This document shows positions 43,207 to 57,215 of a DNA stretch of 64,000 nt, in pieces. The stretch covers positions 310,001 through 374,000 of the forward strand of contig JBODTK010000108.1 of NCBI GenBank assembly GCA_050613775.1. The letters run 5' to 3'. Each line of letters starts with the position of its first letter. Position 1 is the stretch's first letter. Below the pieces are notes generated by a model. That model searched no databases. It was not told the origin of the DNA and saw only the letters and a list, made by a program, of their open reading frames with translations. Source of the DNA: Neocallimastix sp. 'constans'. Its lineage: Eukaryota. The position numbers and the translations under genes were made by a program.

Positions 43207-44049
43207 ATGGATTTTGAAAATAAGAAAAAATTTACTAAGAAAATCATAATTGGATTTATTTGTTTTATTATTACTGTTGTTGTAATACTTCTCATTTTTA
43301 GCTCCTTCACTGTAATCGATGCTGGTCATACAGGTGTTGTGGTGAGATTAGGAAAAGTATCTGATAATGTTCTTAACGAAGGATTTCACTTCAAATTACC
43401 AATTATTACAAATATTGTTAAAATTGATAATAGAGTAATTAAAACCGAAGTTGAATCCAATTCTGCTTCTAAGGATTTACAATCTATTTCTTCAAAAGTA
43501 TCAGTAAACTACAGAGTAAATACCAATTCTTCTGCTAAGATTTATAAGAATGTTGGTAATAACTTTGAAACAGTTATTGTAAATCCAGCTATTCAAGAAT
43601 GTATGAAATCGGTTGCAGCTAAATATACTGCAGAAGAACTCATTACCAAACGTGCAATAGTATCTTCAGAAATGGAAAAAGAAATTTCACAAAAGATTAA
43701 TCCTTATGGATTAAATATTGAAGTATTCAATATCATTAATTTTGAGTTCTCAAAAGAATTCAGTAAAGCCATTGAAGCCAAACAAACGGCTCAACAACAA
43801 GCATTAAAAGCTGAACAAGATCTTGCAAGAATTAAAGTTGAAGCTAGTCAAACTGTTGAAAAGGCTAAAGCAGAATCGGAAGCCTATCAACTTAAAAACC
43901 AACAATTAACAGATAAAGTCATTATGATGGAATTTGTTGAAAAATGGGATGGAAAACTTCCTGCAGTTACATCAGGAGGATCAGCATTATTTGATATGAG
44001 TTCATTTATTAACAGTAATGGACTTAAAGATGATAAAAAAGGAAAATAA
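43207..44049 (+). CDS. SPFH/prohibitin-family protein, copy 2
   Basis: Near-identical 280-aa paralog of 40726..41568. Confidence 0.93.
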   Translation: MDFENKKKFTKKIIIGFICFIITVVVILLIFSSFTVIDAGHTGVVVRLGKVSDNVLNEGFHFKLPIITNIVKIDNRVIKTEVESNSASKDLQSISSKVSVNYRVNTNSSAKIYKNVGNNFETVIVNPAIQECMKSVAAKYTAEELITKRAIVSSEMEKEISQKINPYGLNIEVFNIINFEFSKEFSKAIEAKQTAQQQALKAEQDLARIKVEASQTVEKAKAESEAYQLKNQQLTDKVIMMEFVEKWDGKLPAVTSGGSALFDMSSFINSNGLKDDKKGK

Positions 44050-45656
44050 AAATAATAAATATGTAAATTATTTTGAAAATTAAAACAAAACGGGAATTTC
44101 GTTGTACTTATTTCAAATCTTGCATATAATATTGTATATATTTTTTAAATTAAATGAATAAAAAATAAACATGAAGAAAATTTAATATCTCTTAAATAAG
44201 ATATAATATTATTAAATTAAAATATAAATTTATAAAATTTTAAAACATTTATATAATAATATAGTAATATTGTTTTTAAAGTTAATGTGAAAATAAAATA
44301 AAATATTAAAAATAAATAACAAATATTAAAATTATATAGCAGGAAATAAAAATAAAATATTATTAAATATTAAGTGTGTAATCATTATTATGAAAAATTT
44401 TATTTGCATAATGGAATATTTCGTAATTTATTGATAGATCTTAATTTTAACTCAACAATTACTTCTTTTTAATTTTTTTATTTTTTTTCTAATATATATA
44501 TATATATTTAATATATATATATGATAACTAATTATTATTATGAGAGGTGTAATTGATATTTACATTTTTATTATTACGCAATTGGTCAAAATTTGAAAAA
44601 GGTGAATATAAAGTTAGTAATAAAGAAAATAAATCTAAATTGTTTTTCAAATTAAAAAATCATGAATTATTTTGATAAATCAAAATCTAATCAAATTAAT
44701 TATAAATATATTTCATACTAACATTTAATTATTTCATTAATAAAATTTATAATTTTAATAAAATTTTGTAATTTTTAAAAATTGATGAAATATAGGAAAA
44801 TCACTTAAAAACAATTTTAATATAATTAAAATAATAGAAAACTAATAATGAAAAAAGAAAAACAATATTTTATTTAATTTATAAAAAAGTATACCATAGA
44901 AAGAAATTATATAAAGTTAAAATTCTTTTTCTAAAATAAATATAAAATAGATATAAAGGAAAAGAGAATTGTTAAAATAAATTTATATATTAACAATTTT
45001 TATATAATTTTAATATTATGATTTTTAAAAAATAATATTTACATTTCACATGATTAGTCACTAATAATTATCAAATTTATTGTAGGTTTAATTGTTTTTA
45101 CTGTTTTTAATATAATAAAAATGATCTTTCTTGTGGTTTAGGGGAGAATTTAGTGGATACCACACTATCTATTTTAGAGATTCTACTTTTTTGTTTTATT
45201 ATTTTATATTTAACTGGTGATCATGTTACTACATTAAAAATGTAATTTATAAAAATATAATCTTCTATTTAATAAAGCACTGGAAGTGTATTCTCTTCTT
45301 AGTCTAAAAAAAAAAAATTAAAAATAAAAAATTAAATAAAATAAAATTATTTTTTAAAAAATTATTATATTTTATTTATTCATTAAAGTATTATTATTAT
45401 TTTTTTATATAAATATTCCTTTTTTTTTTTTTTCCTTAAAAAAATAAAAAACTGAAAAACAAATATCGAAAAACCAAAAACAAACGAACAAAAACGAAAA
45501 TAAAAATAAAAACAAAATCAAAGAATAAAAAAAAAAAGAAAACAAAAATAAAAAATAAAAACTAAAATTAAATAAAAAATATATTAAAAATTATAAATAA
45601 ATAGATATATATAATCAAATTTATAAATTAAAAAAAAAATAAATTAATAAATAATA

Positions 45657-45754
45657 ATGGATTTTGAAAATAAGAAAAAAAAATACTAAGAAAATCATAA
45701 TTGGATTTATTTATTTTATTATGGCTGTTATTGAAATACTTCTCATTATTAGCT
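45657..45754 (+). pseudogene. 5' stub of an SPFH gene (frameshifted, truncated)
   Basis: atggattttgaaaataagaaaaaaaaatactaagaaaatcataattggatttatt...cttctcattattagct is homologous to the SPFH 5' end, sits behind a homologous promoter and has an early stop. Confidence 0.85.
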
Positions 45755-46385
45755 GTTATGAGTCTTAGGAAAAGGTTTCCTTATAATCTACACCTAATTT
45801 TTGGGTAAATCCTTGTGTGACCAATCTAACATTTCTTTGGATAATTTTTTCTTCAGAATTTCTTTTATATATGAATATCTATCTTGAAGTTACAATATTA
45901 GCGTTATTTGGAATTATCTATACTATTGTGTAAACTTTTAGTTCTTTCATGTTTTCTAATTCTATTTCTATTACATATAACCATTCGTTTTTGTCAGAAT
46001 AGTTAAATATGTCATTGTAATGGTGTGGTTTATTATTTTGTGATGAATTTTGTTTATCGATTTTTAATTTTTTGAATTGAGGTTCATTTGATTCTGTTTT
46101 GGAATGAATATGTCGTTTAAAGAAACTAGTATTGGTGAGATAAAAATTTAAATCGTTGCTTTGGTTACTGTCAAAATTATTGTTTTAAAATTTTTATGTC
46201 ATTGTTATTCATGGACAATTTGTGTTGAGAGTTTGGGTTAATTGCTTGTTGTGACATTGAATCATTATTTTCGTCATGTTTTTGATCGAATAATTTCATT
46301 TTGAGTATGGTTGTGGTGAGGAGAAAAATATTTATAGTAGTTAATTGTATCATTGTGATTTATATTTTTGATTTGGTTGTAGAAA
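45750..46385 (-). mobile_element. Ty1/copia reverse-transcriptase fragment
   Basis: YNDIFNYSDKNEWLYVIEIELENMKELKVY...NANIVTSR*IFIYKRNSEEKIIQRNVRLVTQGFTQKLGVDYKETFS matches the copia KARLVAxGFxQxxGxDYxETFSP region. Confidence 0.85.
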
Positions 46386-46757
46386 GAGAATTATGTTTAA
46401 TATAAATATTTTGACAATTATTATATAAATTTTATTTTAATATTAGAAAATTCCGTGATTTATTGATATTGATATATAGATTAAAATTTATTTATAATAA
46501 ATATTAATATTTATTATGTTGTAGTTGCATTAATATTTATTTATACAATAAAAATAATATTAAGAAGTTCAGAATATTATGAATATTTTTTTTATTATAT
46601 ATTAATAATATTATATGAACATATAAATAAAATTTTAATATATTAATATTTTTTCTATATTTGTAATTCTGATACATATTTAATAATAAATATTATCTTT
46701 TTACCAAAATTTAAAAAAATTTTATTACATTTTTAATATAAACGTTTCATTTTATTC

Positions 46758-46799
<42 letters not shown>

Positions 46800-46889
46800 T
46801 TTTTATTATTTAAACAATTTATATAATAGAAATATAATATATCTTTATTAAATTTTTTCAAAAAAAGAGAAAAAATTTTCTGGTTTTTT

Positions 46890-46930
<41 letters not shown>

Positions 46931-48212
46931 TGTAACTGTAAATAACAGTATAACTGTTCGATTTTGTATCTTTGATTACTGGAAGGAAAGAATTTATATC
47001 TTATCACTTTCATTCTTTAGATAATGGTAAATATAACATTATATTATTTCAAACATATAATTTAAAAATTGACAATTGGGGGGTTCCATAGGAAATTCTT
47101 TTTTTCTAATAAGGAAGAGAGCAAGTAATTTAAATCATCGTAAAAGGCTAATAATAATTAATTATTAAAAGTCTTATAACATAATGAAAGCAAAAGATAT
47201 AATTTTAATTTTAATTTTAATTTTAATTTTAATTTTAATTTCAATTTTAATTTCAATTTTAATTTCAAAATTATTTTATTTTATTTTATTTTTTGTAAAA
47301 GAAAAACATATTGTATGATATTAATAAATTATCTTTGGAATACTGCTATTAAAAGACTTAATTTAAAGAAGAATATTTATTTTAAGTTTGATAAGATTAA
47401 TAACAAAAGTATATATAATTTATAATATTTAAACATATAATCCCTAACCCTTAGTTCCTAAATTTTGAACTATTAATGAGATGTATCAATGCTAAGTTTT
47501 GTCAAATACAAGACCTAAATAATTTAAGTACAGTAAATAAATTTATTTGACAAAAGCATAGAATTAAAAAAATTTTTACTTTTTTTTCTTTTTTTTTTTT
47601 TTTTTTTATCTTTATTTTTTATGCATATATTTAGAAGCTAAAAAAGAATTAAGTTCCATGTGAATTTTTTTAAAAAACTATCATTAGAAACATAATCAAA
47701 TTACATATAAAATAGTCCTAAAATATTATTAAATAATTAAATAATTAAAAATTGTATAAATATAATTTTTTTTTTTTTGAAGATTCGAATTATATTTAAT
47801 ATTATCAATGAATTAAATAATATTATTATTGGATTATTAAATTTATAATAATAAAATATTACAAATAATAAATTATAATTTTTTAAAAATTTATATTAGT
47901 GTCATTTATCAAAGATAGATATAATTTATAGTATATATCTTTTGTTATAAATTATACTGTAAAAAAAAATAAAAAAATAAAAATAAAAATAAAAATTTAC
48001 TTCCTTTTTTTTATTTAAATAAGTTTGATATAATTATATTTTTAATAATAAATATTTTATATAGTAAGAATATATTATATGACATTTATGTAAACAATAT
48101 AGTTAATGTATCCTGAATATATTTTACATATATAACAAAAACTAAAATAACAAATATAAAAAATATTTATATTAAATGAATGAATGAATAAATGAATAAA
48201 TAAATGAGTGAA

Positions 48213-48333
<121 letters not shown>

Positions 48334-48637
48334 AGTGTATCATTGCAATGAATAAAGAAGTTATAAATAATAATAAAAAGATTACTGTATAATTATTTAA
48401 AATTATTCATATAATATAATAATATATAAAATAAATAATTTTTTTATATTTATAGATTATTATATGATATGAATAACTTTGAATATAATAATGTAGCATG
48501 ATAATTTATTTATTATTATTAATATATTGTTATATTGTTCTATTTGAAATTATATGAATATTATGATTATATATATTATTACCATGAATTAATTATGATA
48601 TATCTAATGGATTATTAATATATTTCTAAAATTAAAA

Positions 48638-48722
<85 letters not shown>

Positions 48723-49054
48723 GATATTACATATAAATGATAATTTATTGGTTTTAAAATTTTATGTCTTTAAAAAATTTTTAATCATTAAATAATAAAG
48801 TTAAAAATGGACTTAAAAAAATCTTTTTTTTTTTTTTTTTTTTATGAAATAAATAAAAACATATCAATAAATTGATATTATATTATCATTAAATATATAC
48901 ATTTTTTATTGCTATTGGTTAAAAAAAAAAAAGGAACAAACAATACTTAATAAAAAAATATTTTCCTTTTTAAATAAAACTTAAAAATATATATAAATAC
49001 ATATAATTTCATTTATCATTATAAATTCAACGATTAATTATAATAAAAAAAATA

Positions 49055-49984
49055 ATGAATGAATTTGATATAGGATGTTTCATGCTTGATAGTATTGTAT
49101 CAAGAAAATTTCAGGATTTGGGAAGTAATTTCTTTGAATTGATGTATATTGAACCTTTTCTGGACTATTATGAAAAAGTTGATATATTACTTGAAGAGAA
49201 TCAGGATAAACGAATCAGAATTTTATTATCTCTTCTTTGTAAAAAATTAAGAAAATATTCCAGTCAGGTAGAGGAATTACAGAAAGAAGTATCATCACTC
49301 AAAGAAAAAATTGACGAGAAAGAAAAAATTAATAATGAAAAGGTAAAAGAATTAAGTAATACTATCGAAAAAAAGAAAACAGAAAATGATAAATTACTTG
49401 AAAAACTGATAGAAAAAGAAGATAAAAATTATTATTTAATGAGAGAATTAAAAGAAAATGAATCAAAAAATAATGTAGAAATCTACCGACTTAAACAAGA
49501 AAATAATAAGTTAAAAGATAAAAATAATGATTTAAGAGATGAAAATATTAATTTGAAAATTTCTGAAAAAATGGAAGAGATAGATAGGAAAAAAAGGGAA
49601 AATGAATTAAATCGTTTAAATTATATGAACAGTTTTTTAAATTATGAAAATAATAATATTAGAAATAAAAATATGGCTTTAAGGATTAAAAATTCAACCA
49701 TTACAATGAGCAACGAATTTTTAAGAAATGAACAACAGAAGTTAAATTCTCAATTATTAGAAAAAAACAATAAAATTAACGATCTTGAAAAAGAAAATAG
49801 ATATTTAATCTATGAAAATAAAAGAAATTCTAATAATTTCATAGCGTTTGAAGCAAATAATGAAATCACTGATAAAGATGGTCAAAAAAAATTGCAATAT
49901 ATTAAAGGTATTGTAGGAAACTCTAATCTATTAAATTGTTCTGATAGGTTATTTAACTTTAATGAAGATTCTAGAAAAAGATAA
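49055..49984 (+). CDS. Intronless coiled-coil protein of unknown function, copy A (C-terminus shortened by a deletion/frameshift)
   Basis: 309-aa ORF with a globular N-terminus (FELMYIEPFLDYYEKVDILL) then E/K/N heptads. Paralog of 53611..54588; the paralog's stop context (ttagaattataa) persists out of frame at ~49991-50002. Confidence 0.8.
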   Translation: MNEFDIGCFMLDSIVSRKFQDLGSNFFELMYIEPFLDYYEKVDILLEENQDKRIRILLSLLCKKLRKYSSQVEELQKEVSSLKEKIDEKEKINNEKVKELSNTIEKKKTENDKLLEKLIEKEDKNYYLMRELKENESKNNVEIYRLKQENNKLKDKNNDLRDENINLKISEKMEEIDRKKRENELNRLNYMNSFLNYENNNIRNKNMALRIKNSTITMSNEFLRNEQQKLNSQLLEKNNKINDLEKENRYLIYENKRNSNNFIAFEANNEITDKDGQKKLQYIKGIVGNSNLLNCSDRLFNFNEDSRKR

Positions 49985-50179
49985 AAATTGTTTAGAATTA
50001 TAAAAATTTTATATGATTGATACAAAATAATAAGAATATTATTATATTAATTTTGAATTATTATTTATATATAATATAAATAAAAAATTTTTATTATTAT
50101 ATTCCTCAATTATATATTACTAAATAAAAAAAAAAATATTTTTTTAATAATATTATATAAATATTTATCTTTTTTAATT

Positions 50180-50215
<36 letters not shown>

Positions 50216-51305
50216 TTTTTATTTTTTTAATATTAAACTTTACATATAGTTTTTTATTAAAGTATTTAGTAAAACAATTTTATATGGAGTTTTATTCTTT
50301 TATTTATTAATGAAAAAGTGGTTTTTTTCTTTTAAAAAAACAAAAAAAAAAAAAAAATTTTTTTTTATTATTACAGAAATACCATATATATATCATATAA
50401 GTATAGGAAATTTGGATTAATAAAAAAATAAAGAATTTAGAAATTTAAATATTAATCTATTAATGTATCACCATCAATTGATGAATTTTAATTTTCATTC
50501 AATTATTATAAAATTTAAATAAAAAAAAATTTTTTTTTTTTTTTTATATAAATATTAATAAAAATTAATTTTAGTAAAAATTCATAATATATAAAATCTT
50601 TATTTTTAATTATTTTTTTTTTCTTATTTCAAATTTTATCATAATTTTTATTCAATTATTCATTGTAGGAATGAGAATTTCATCATAACAATAAAACCTT
50701 TTTTTTATTCCATGAAAATACTATCCAAGGAATGTATGAATCTAGAGAAAGTAGTACCTGAAATTTCAATACTTTTACTTCTACTGGAATTTCTTTACAT
50801 AATCATTGATATAATATCAAATAAACTGTTCGTCAATCTAATTTTTAATATCAAAATTATAAATATTATTTTAATTTATAAATTGTTCTTACTCATATTT
50901 AAAAATAATTTTCATTCTTTTAGTTTATTTTTATATATATATATATCAAAGAATGTATAGTACTTTTTATTTTTTTTTAATATTTTATGAATATTTTTAA
51001 ATAATTTTATAGTAATTTTTTTATTATTATTTATACCTTCTTTATTCATTGTAATGATACAATATCTATTTATTTATTTATTCATTTAATATAAATATTT
51101 TTTATATCTACTATTTTAGTTTACGTTATAACTTTAAACAATATTCAGAAAATATTAACAATATATTGTTTACAAAAATATCATATAATATATTCTTATT
51201 ATATAAAATATTTATTATTAAAAATATAATTATTTTATTATCATTTTCATATTTATATTATAATCAAAATTATATCAAAATTATTTAAATAAAAAAAGGA
51301 AGTAA

Positions 51306-51354
<49 letters not shown>

Positions 51355-51569
51355 TTTACTTCTTTAGTTATATTCAAATAAATTAAATCAAATCAATTTA
51401 TTTTACATAAATTGATATTATTTAACTTACTATTTTATAAAGCTTTTTTTCATGAATTTAAATTTAAAATGAGTATTAAATTTAATTATAATTAGGTCCA
51501 TTTATTTTTTAAATTTTTATTTAATTTAATTTAATTTTTTTTCTTTTTATTTCCTTTTTTCTTTTTATT

Positions 51570-51608
<39 letters not shown>

Positions 51609-51738
51609 ATTATAAATAGATTTTTAAAGTTTTTTTTTTAAACTGTTAATAGAAAAGTTTTTATAAATTTTAAATGAAAACATATTAATAATTTTTATTT
51701 TTCGAAATTTAAAAAATCATTTATTTTTAAAGATCAAA

Positions 51739-52623
51739 ATGACCATATCAAATGAATTAAAAGATAGAAAAGAACAACGTGAAAAAGGAAAGTTTCCTTT
51801 AAGTAATGACGTTGATGATAAAAATATAAAGGATCAAAAAGGAGGAAAAATCGATGAAGAAAGAAAAAGTGAAAAGTTTGAACTTTATGATTATCTTATG
51901 CCATATTTGAGTGAGGATGAAAAAATTGAACTAGAATTTCTAACACCTGAAGAGAAATCAACTGCTTTTAATAAAATTGTCATGAAAAAATTATTTAATT
52001 TATATAAAATATGTTCAGAACAAATGGAACAAGAAAAGAAATATAAGAAAAATATCAAAGAGAATGATGAGGAAATTCAATATCTTAAAAACGAAATTAC
52101 TGAAAATTTAGAACAATTGAATAATACTAAAAAAGAAAATGAAACTTTATACTTAAATTTAGAAGAAAAAAATAAGAATTTAGAAAAAAAAAGTATGGAA
52201 ATTGAAAATATTTTAGGCAATTTTGAAAACAGAAATATAACAATTAAAAATAATGGGGAAAATGTAATAACTTCTAATCATGGTATTAAAAAAATAACAA
52301 TAAAAACCGATGTTAAACCAAAGCTACAAGAAAAAGTGATTACTATAGATAAGAAAAATAAGGATAAAACCACTATAATAGAACCAAATGAAGAATATTA
52401 TGGTCTAAAAAAAGTAATTGTAAAAACTGATATTGAACCTGAACTACAAAGAAAGGTAATTACTATAAAAAAGGAAGGAACAATTACCATAAAACCAGAT
52501 TTTATGTATGATGGCTTGAAAGAAATTGTAATAACTACTGAAATTTCAAATAAAATAAACAAATCTTATGTCATTTTAATTATAGTATTCTTTCTAATTA
52601 TTTTAATTATTTCTCATCTTTAA
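51739..52623 (+). CDS. Intronless coiled-coil protein with three beta-rich repeats and a C-terminal transmembrane anchor
   Basis: 294-aa ORF: coiled coil, then repeats FENRNITIKNNG..., LQEKVITI...IIEPNEEYYGLKKVIVKTDI and LQRKVITIKKEGTITIKPDFMYDGLKEIVITTEI, ending YVILIIVFFLIILIISHL. Confidence 0.85.
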   Translation: MTISNELKDRKEQREKGKFPLSNDVDDKNIKDQKGGKIDEERKSEKFELYDYLMPYLSEDEKIELEFLTPEEKSTAFNKIVMKKLFNLYKICSEQMEQEKKYKKNIKENDEEIQYLKNEITENLEQLNNTKKENETLYLNLEEKNKNLEKKSMEIENILGNFENRNITIKNNGENVITSNHGIKKITIKTDVKPKLQEKVITIDKKNKDKTTIIEPNEEYYGLKKVIVKTDIEPELQRKVITIKKEGTITIKPDFMYDGLKEIVITTEISNKINKSYVILIIVFFLIILIISHL

Positions 52624-52770
52624 TATCAATTTTATTATTTATATTATTATTTAGTTATTATTATTATTTATGGTTATTAACCTATTTAATTCTTATATTT
52701 TTCAATTAATTACATATAATACTAATTTCAATATTTTAAAGAGAATTAATTATATTAATAATTAATCTAA

Positions 52771-52801
<31 letters not shown>

Positions 52802-53073
52802 AAAATATAATGAATAAATCAATAATTTTTTTATATTTTAAAAATTATTGATTATTATATAATATGGATAACTCTGAATATTATATTGTAGATTGATGAT
52901 TTATTGATTATTATAAATATATTGATACATTATTCTATTTGAAATTATATGGATATTATGATTATATATATTATTATCATTAATTAATTATGATTTATCT
53001 AATGATTATCGATATATTTACTTTCAAAATTAAAAATCATTATTACTATTACTAATAATATTATTGTTATTAA

Positions 53074-53192
<119 letters not shown>

Positions 53193-53610
53193 GATATTAC
53201 ATATAAATGCTAATTTATTGGTTTTAAAATTTTATGTCTTTAAAAATTTTCAAATAATTAAATAAGAAAGTTAAAAATAGACATAAAAGTTCATTTTTAT
53301 TTTATATAATAATAGATCAAATAGATCTTTTGATGGATATAATTTTTTTTAAAAAAAATTTCTATTTAAATTTTTGAAAATATTTTTTTTTCTATTTATG
53401 TGAAATACATAAAAACATATTAATATATTGATATTATATTATTTATTAAATATATACATTTTTTATTGCTATTGGTTAAAAAAAAAAGGAACAAACAATA
53501 CTTAATAAAAAAATATTTTCCTTTTTAAATAAAACTTAAAAATATATATAAATACATATAATTTCATTTATCATTATAAATTCAACGATTAATTATAATA
53601 AAAAAAAATA

Positions 53611-54588
53611 ATGAATGAATTTGATAATGGAAATTTTATGCTTGATAGTATTGTATCAAGAAAATTTCAGGATTTGGGAAGTAATTTCTTTGAATTGATG
53701 TATATTGAACCTTTTCTGGACTATTATGAAAAAGTTGATATATTACTTGAAGAGAATCAGGATAAACGAATCAGAATTTTATTATCTCTTCTTTGTAAAA
53801 AATTAAGAAAATATTCCAGTCAGGTAGAGGAATTACAGAAAGAAGTATCATCACTCAAAGAAAAAATTGACGAGAAAGAAAAAATTAATAATGAAAAGGT
53901 AAAAGAATTAAGTACTACTATCGAAAAAAAGAAAACAGAAAATGATAAATTACTTGAAAAACTGATAGAAAAAGAAGATAAAAATTATTATTTAATGAGA
54001 GAATTAAAAGAAAATGAATCAAAAAATAATGTAGAAATTAGTCATCTTAAACAAGAAAATAATAAGTTAAAAGATAAAAATAATGATTTAAGAGATGAAA
54101 ATAATCATTTAAAAATTTCTGAAAAAATGGAAGAGATAGATAGGAGAAACAGGGAAAATGAATTAAATCGTTTAAATTATATGAACAGTTTTTTAAACTA
54201 TGAAAATAATAATATTAGAGATAATAATATGGCTTTAAGGATTAAAAATTCAACCATTACAATGAGCAACGAATTTTTAAGAAATGAACAACAGAAGTTA
54301 AATTTTCAATTATTAGAAAAAAACAATAAAATTAACGATCTTGAAAAAGAAAATAGATATTTAACCGATAAAAATGAAAGAAATTCTAATAATTTCATAG
54401 CATTTGAAGCAAAAAAACGAATTATTGATAAAGATGGTCAAAAAAATTTGCAATACTTTAAAGGTATTGGAAGAAACTCTAATCTATTAAATTTTTCCAA
54501 TAGTTTGTTTAACTCTAATAAAGATCCATCAGAAGATTGTTTTCTTCTTGACGATCTGGAAAAAGATAAAAACTATTTAGAATTATAA
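53611..54588 (+). CDS. Intronless coiled-coil protein of unknown function, copy B
   Basis: 325-aa ORF nearly identical to 49055..49984. Flanks are co-duplicated (~48370-50620 vs ~52810-55400), including an ATTGG box and a TATA-like element. Confidence 0.82.
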   Translation: MNEFDNGNFMLDSIVSRKFQDLGSNFFELMYIEPFLDYYEKVDILLEENQDKRIRILLSLLCKKLRKYSSQVEELQKEVSSLKEKIDEKEKINNEKVKELSTTIEKKKTENDKLLEKLIEKEDKNYYLMRELKENESKNNVEISHLKQENNKLKDKNNDLRDENNHLKISEKMEEIDRRNRENELNRLNYMNSFLNYENNNIRDNNMALRIKNSTITMSNEFLRNEQQKLNFQLLEKNNKINDLEKENRYLTDKNERNSNNFIAFEAKKRIIDKDGQKNLQYFKGIGRNSNLLNFSNSLFNSNKDPSEDCFLLDDLEKDKNYLEL

Positions 54589-57215
54589 AAGTTTTATATG
54601 ATTGATATAAAATAATAAGAATTTTATATTAATTCGGAATTAATATTTATATATAATATAAATAAAAAATTATTATTATTAAATTCCTCAATTATATATT
54701 ACTAAATCAATAAAAAAAATTTTTTTAATAATATTATATATTTTATTAAATATTTAAATTTTTTAATTCCTTTTTTTTTTTTTTTTTATTTTTTTGTTTT
54801 TTATTTATATTAAATTTTATTATTTATTAATGAAAAAGTGGTGGTTTTTTTCTTTAAAAAAAAACAAAAAAAAATTTTTTTTATTATTATAAAAATATCA
54901 TATATATATAATTAAAGGAAATTTGGATTAAAAAAAAAAAAAAAAAAGAGAGGGGAAATTTAAAATATTAATCTATTAATGTATCACCATCAATTAATTG
55001 ATGAATTTTAATTTTCATTCAATTATTATTATTATTATTAAATTTTAATATATATATATATATAAAAAGGTCAACCTCAACCAATGAATAAAAAAGAATA
55101 ACAATTTGAATAATGGTGAAAAGGTTATATATAGAATATAGAATCATAAATAATTGTTTTTTATTGTATTAAATCAAGATATTAAAAAAATGAAAAATTG
55201 GATATTATTAAGAAAAATCAAGATTTCTTATTTTTTTAAAATTCTTATATTATATATTAAATATTTTACTATAATATATATTTAAAAAAAAAAAAAAAAA
55301 AACTTTTTTTTTTTTATATATATATATATATAAATATTAATAAAAATTAATTATAGTAAAATTTCATAATATATAAAATCTTTATTTTTAATTATTATTT
55401 TTCTATTAGTATTTTTTTTATATTTTTTTATTTAATATTTTTAATTTTTAATATCATGAAATATTGAAAATTATATCTTCTTCTCTTTCAATGGAATCAT
55501 TAGGTATTTCCAATTGTTATGATGTTATTGATTTAACGTACAAGGGTAAGGAAAAGGATACTAATAAATATTAATGAGTATTCACTGGAACAATGAATTA
55601 TATCATAAAAATCAATAATAGAGGTATTGAGTATGATACTTAGTGTGACAGTTCCGTAAGAATTAGAATATGAGATTTGTTTAGTTTTAATTCGTCCTAT
55701 ATATTATTCGATAAATTAAATTATTAGTTAATTTTATAACAATTTATGTTACATTTAACAGGTTTTAAATAATTTATATTTATATTTAATTTTAGATTTA
55801 TCTTAAAATTATTATTTAAAAACTATTGTAATAAGTTGGTTCCTTGAAAATATGTTATAGAATTATAAAAATATAGAAACTAGTAATTATTATTCTAAAA
55901 TATATAGTGTAAAAGAAATTTTTTATATTTATATATATAATTCAATTAGAACTTAAAAAATATTAAAAAAATTAAAATTATTATAAAAAATTTTTTTTTC
56001 GTAAAAGAACATTCAGTAATTTATTATAGATCTTAATTTTAACTTAATAATTAATTTTATTATTTTTATTTTTTTTTTTTTTAAAATATATGTGTATATA
56101 TACATACATTCAATGCAGAACTACGGTAACTAATTATCATGGATGAAAATTTATATTTATATTTTTATTGTTATACAATTGGTCAAAATTGGTAAAAGGG
56201 TGAGTATAAAGATAATAAGGAAGAAAATAGATTTAAATTGCTTTACATGTTAACAAAGTAAGAATTATTTTGATAAATCAAATTCTAATAAATTTTTTAA
56301 AAAATTATTGATAAATATATTTCATACTAAAATTTAATTATTTTATTAATAAATTTATAATTTAAATAATTGAATAATTAATTTTTTTTTGTTAAAGTAT
56401 ATTGATATTTATTAATAAAAGAAATTCATTGTTATATTTATTAATATTATTTAATATATTATTTTTAATATTTTCAGTTTAATATATATTAATTAAAATA
56501 ATATTTTTTATTATTTTTGTTTAGCAAACAATGAATATATAATTTTAATTTTCTTTTTTTAAATTTTACACACAATACATATTTAATTTTGTAATTTTAA
56601 AAAATTGATGTAATTTAGGAAAAAAAGAAAATCACATAAAAACAATTTTTTAATACAATTAAAAAAATAGAAAACTAAAACTAAAAATAAAAACAATTTT
56701 TCATTTAATTTCATGAAAATATACTATAGAAAAAATTATATAAAGTTAACATTCTTTTTTAAAAAAATTAAATATAAAAAAGAAATAAAGAAAAAAAGAA
56801 TTATCACAATAAATTAATTTTTATTTTAACATTTTTAAATTTATTGTTTAATGAATATTCTGATTTTAAAAAAAATGTTTATAATCCACGTGATCAATCA
56901 TTAATAATATTAAATTTAGTATAGATTTAAATATTTTTACTGCCTTTAATATAATATATAATAAAAAAAATTTATTCCATTTATTCATTAAATTATTTTT
57001 TTTTTTTTTATATAAATATTCCTTTTTTCCTTAAAATAATAAAAAACTAAAAAACTAAAAAACAAAAACAGACAAAAAAACAAAAAATAAAATAAAAATA
57101 AAAACTTAAATAAAAAATATATTAAAAAAATAAATAAATTTAAATATAAAATTAAATTAATAAATTAAAAAAAAATAAAATATATATTAATAAATTAAAA
57201 AAAAAATAAATAATA

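Noticed and set aside
45765..45776. ttaggaaaag looked like continued SPFH (LGK) homology after an internal deletion
   Set aside because: The segment reads as copia ETFS/LRLITA on the minus strand, so the match is most likely coincidental.
29455..46385. TGG>TAG and CGA>TGA stops in copia relics as evidence of RIP
   Set aside because: Too few sites and no consensus to polarise them; a general GC-to-AT bias explains them.
47440..47460. ccctaaccct as an interstitial telomere repeat
   Set aside because: Fewer than two units.
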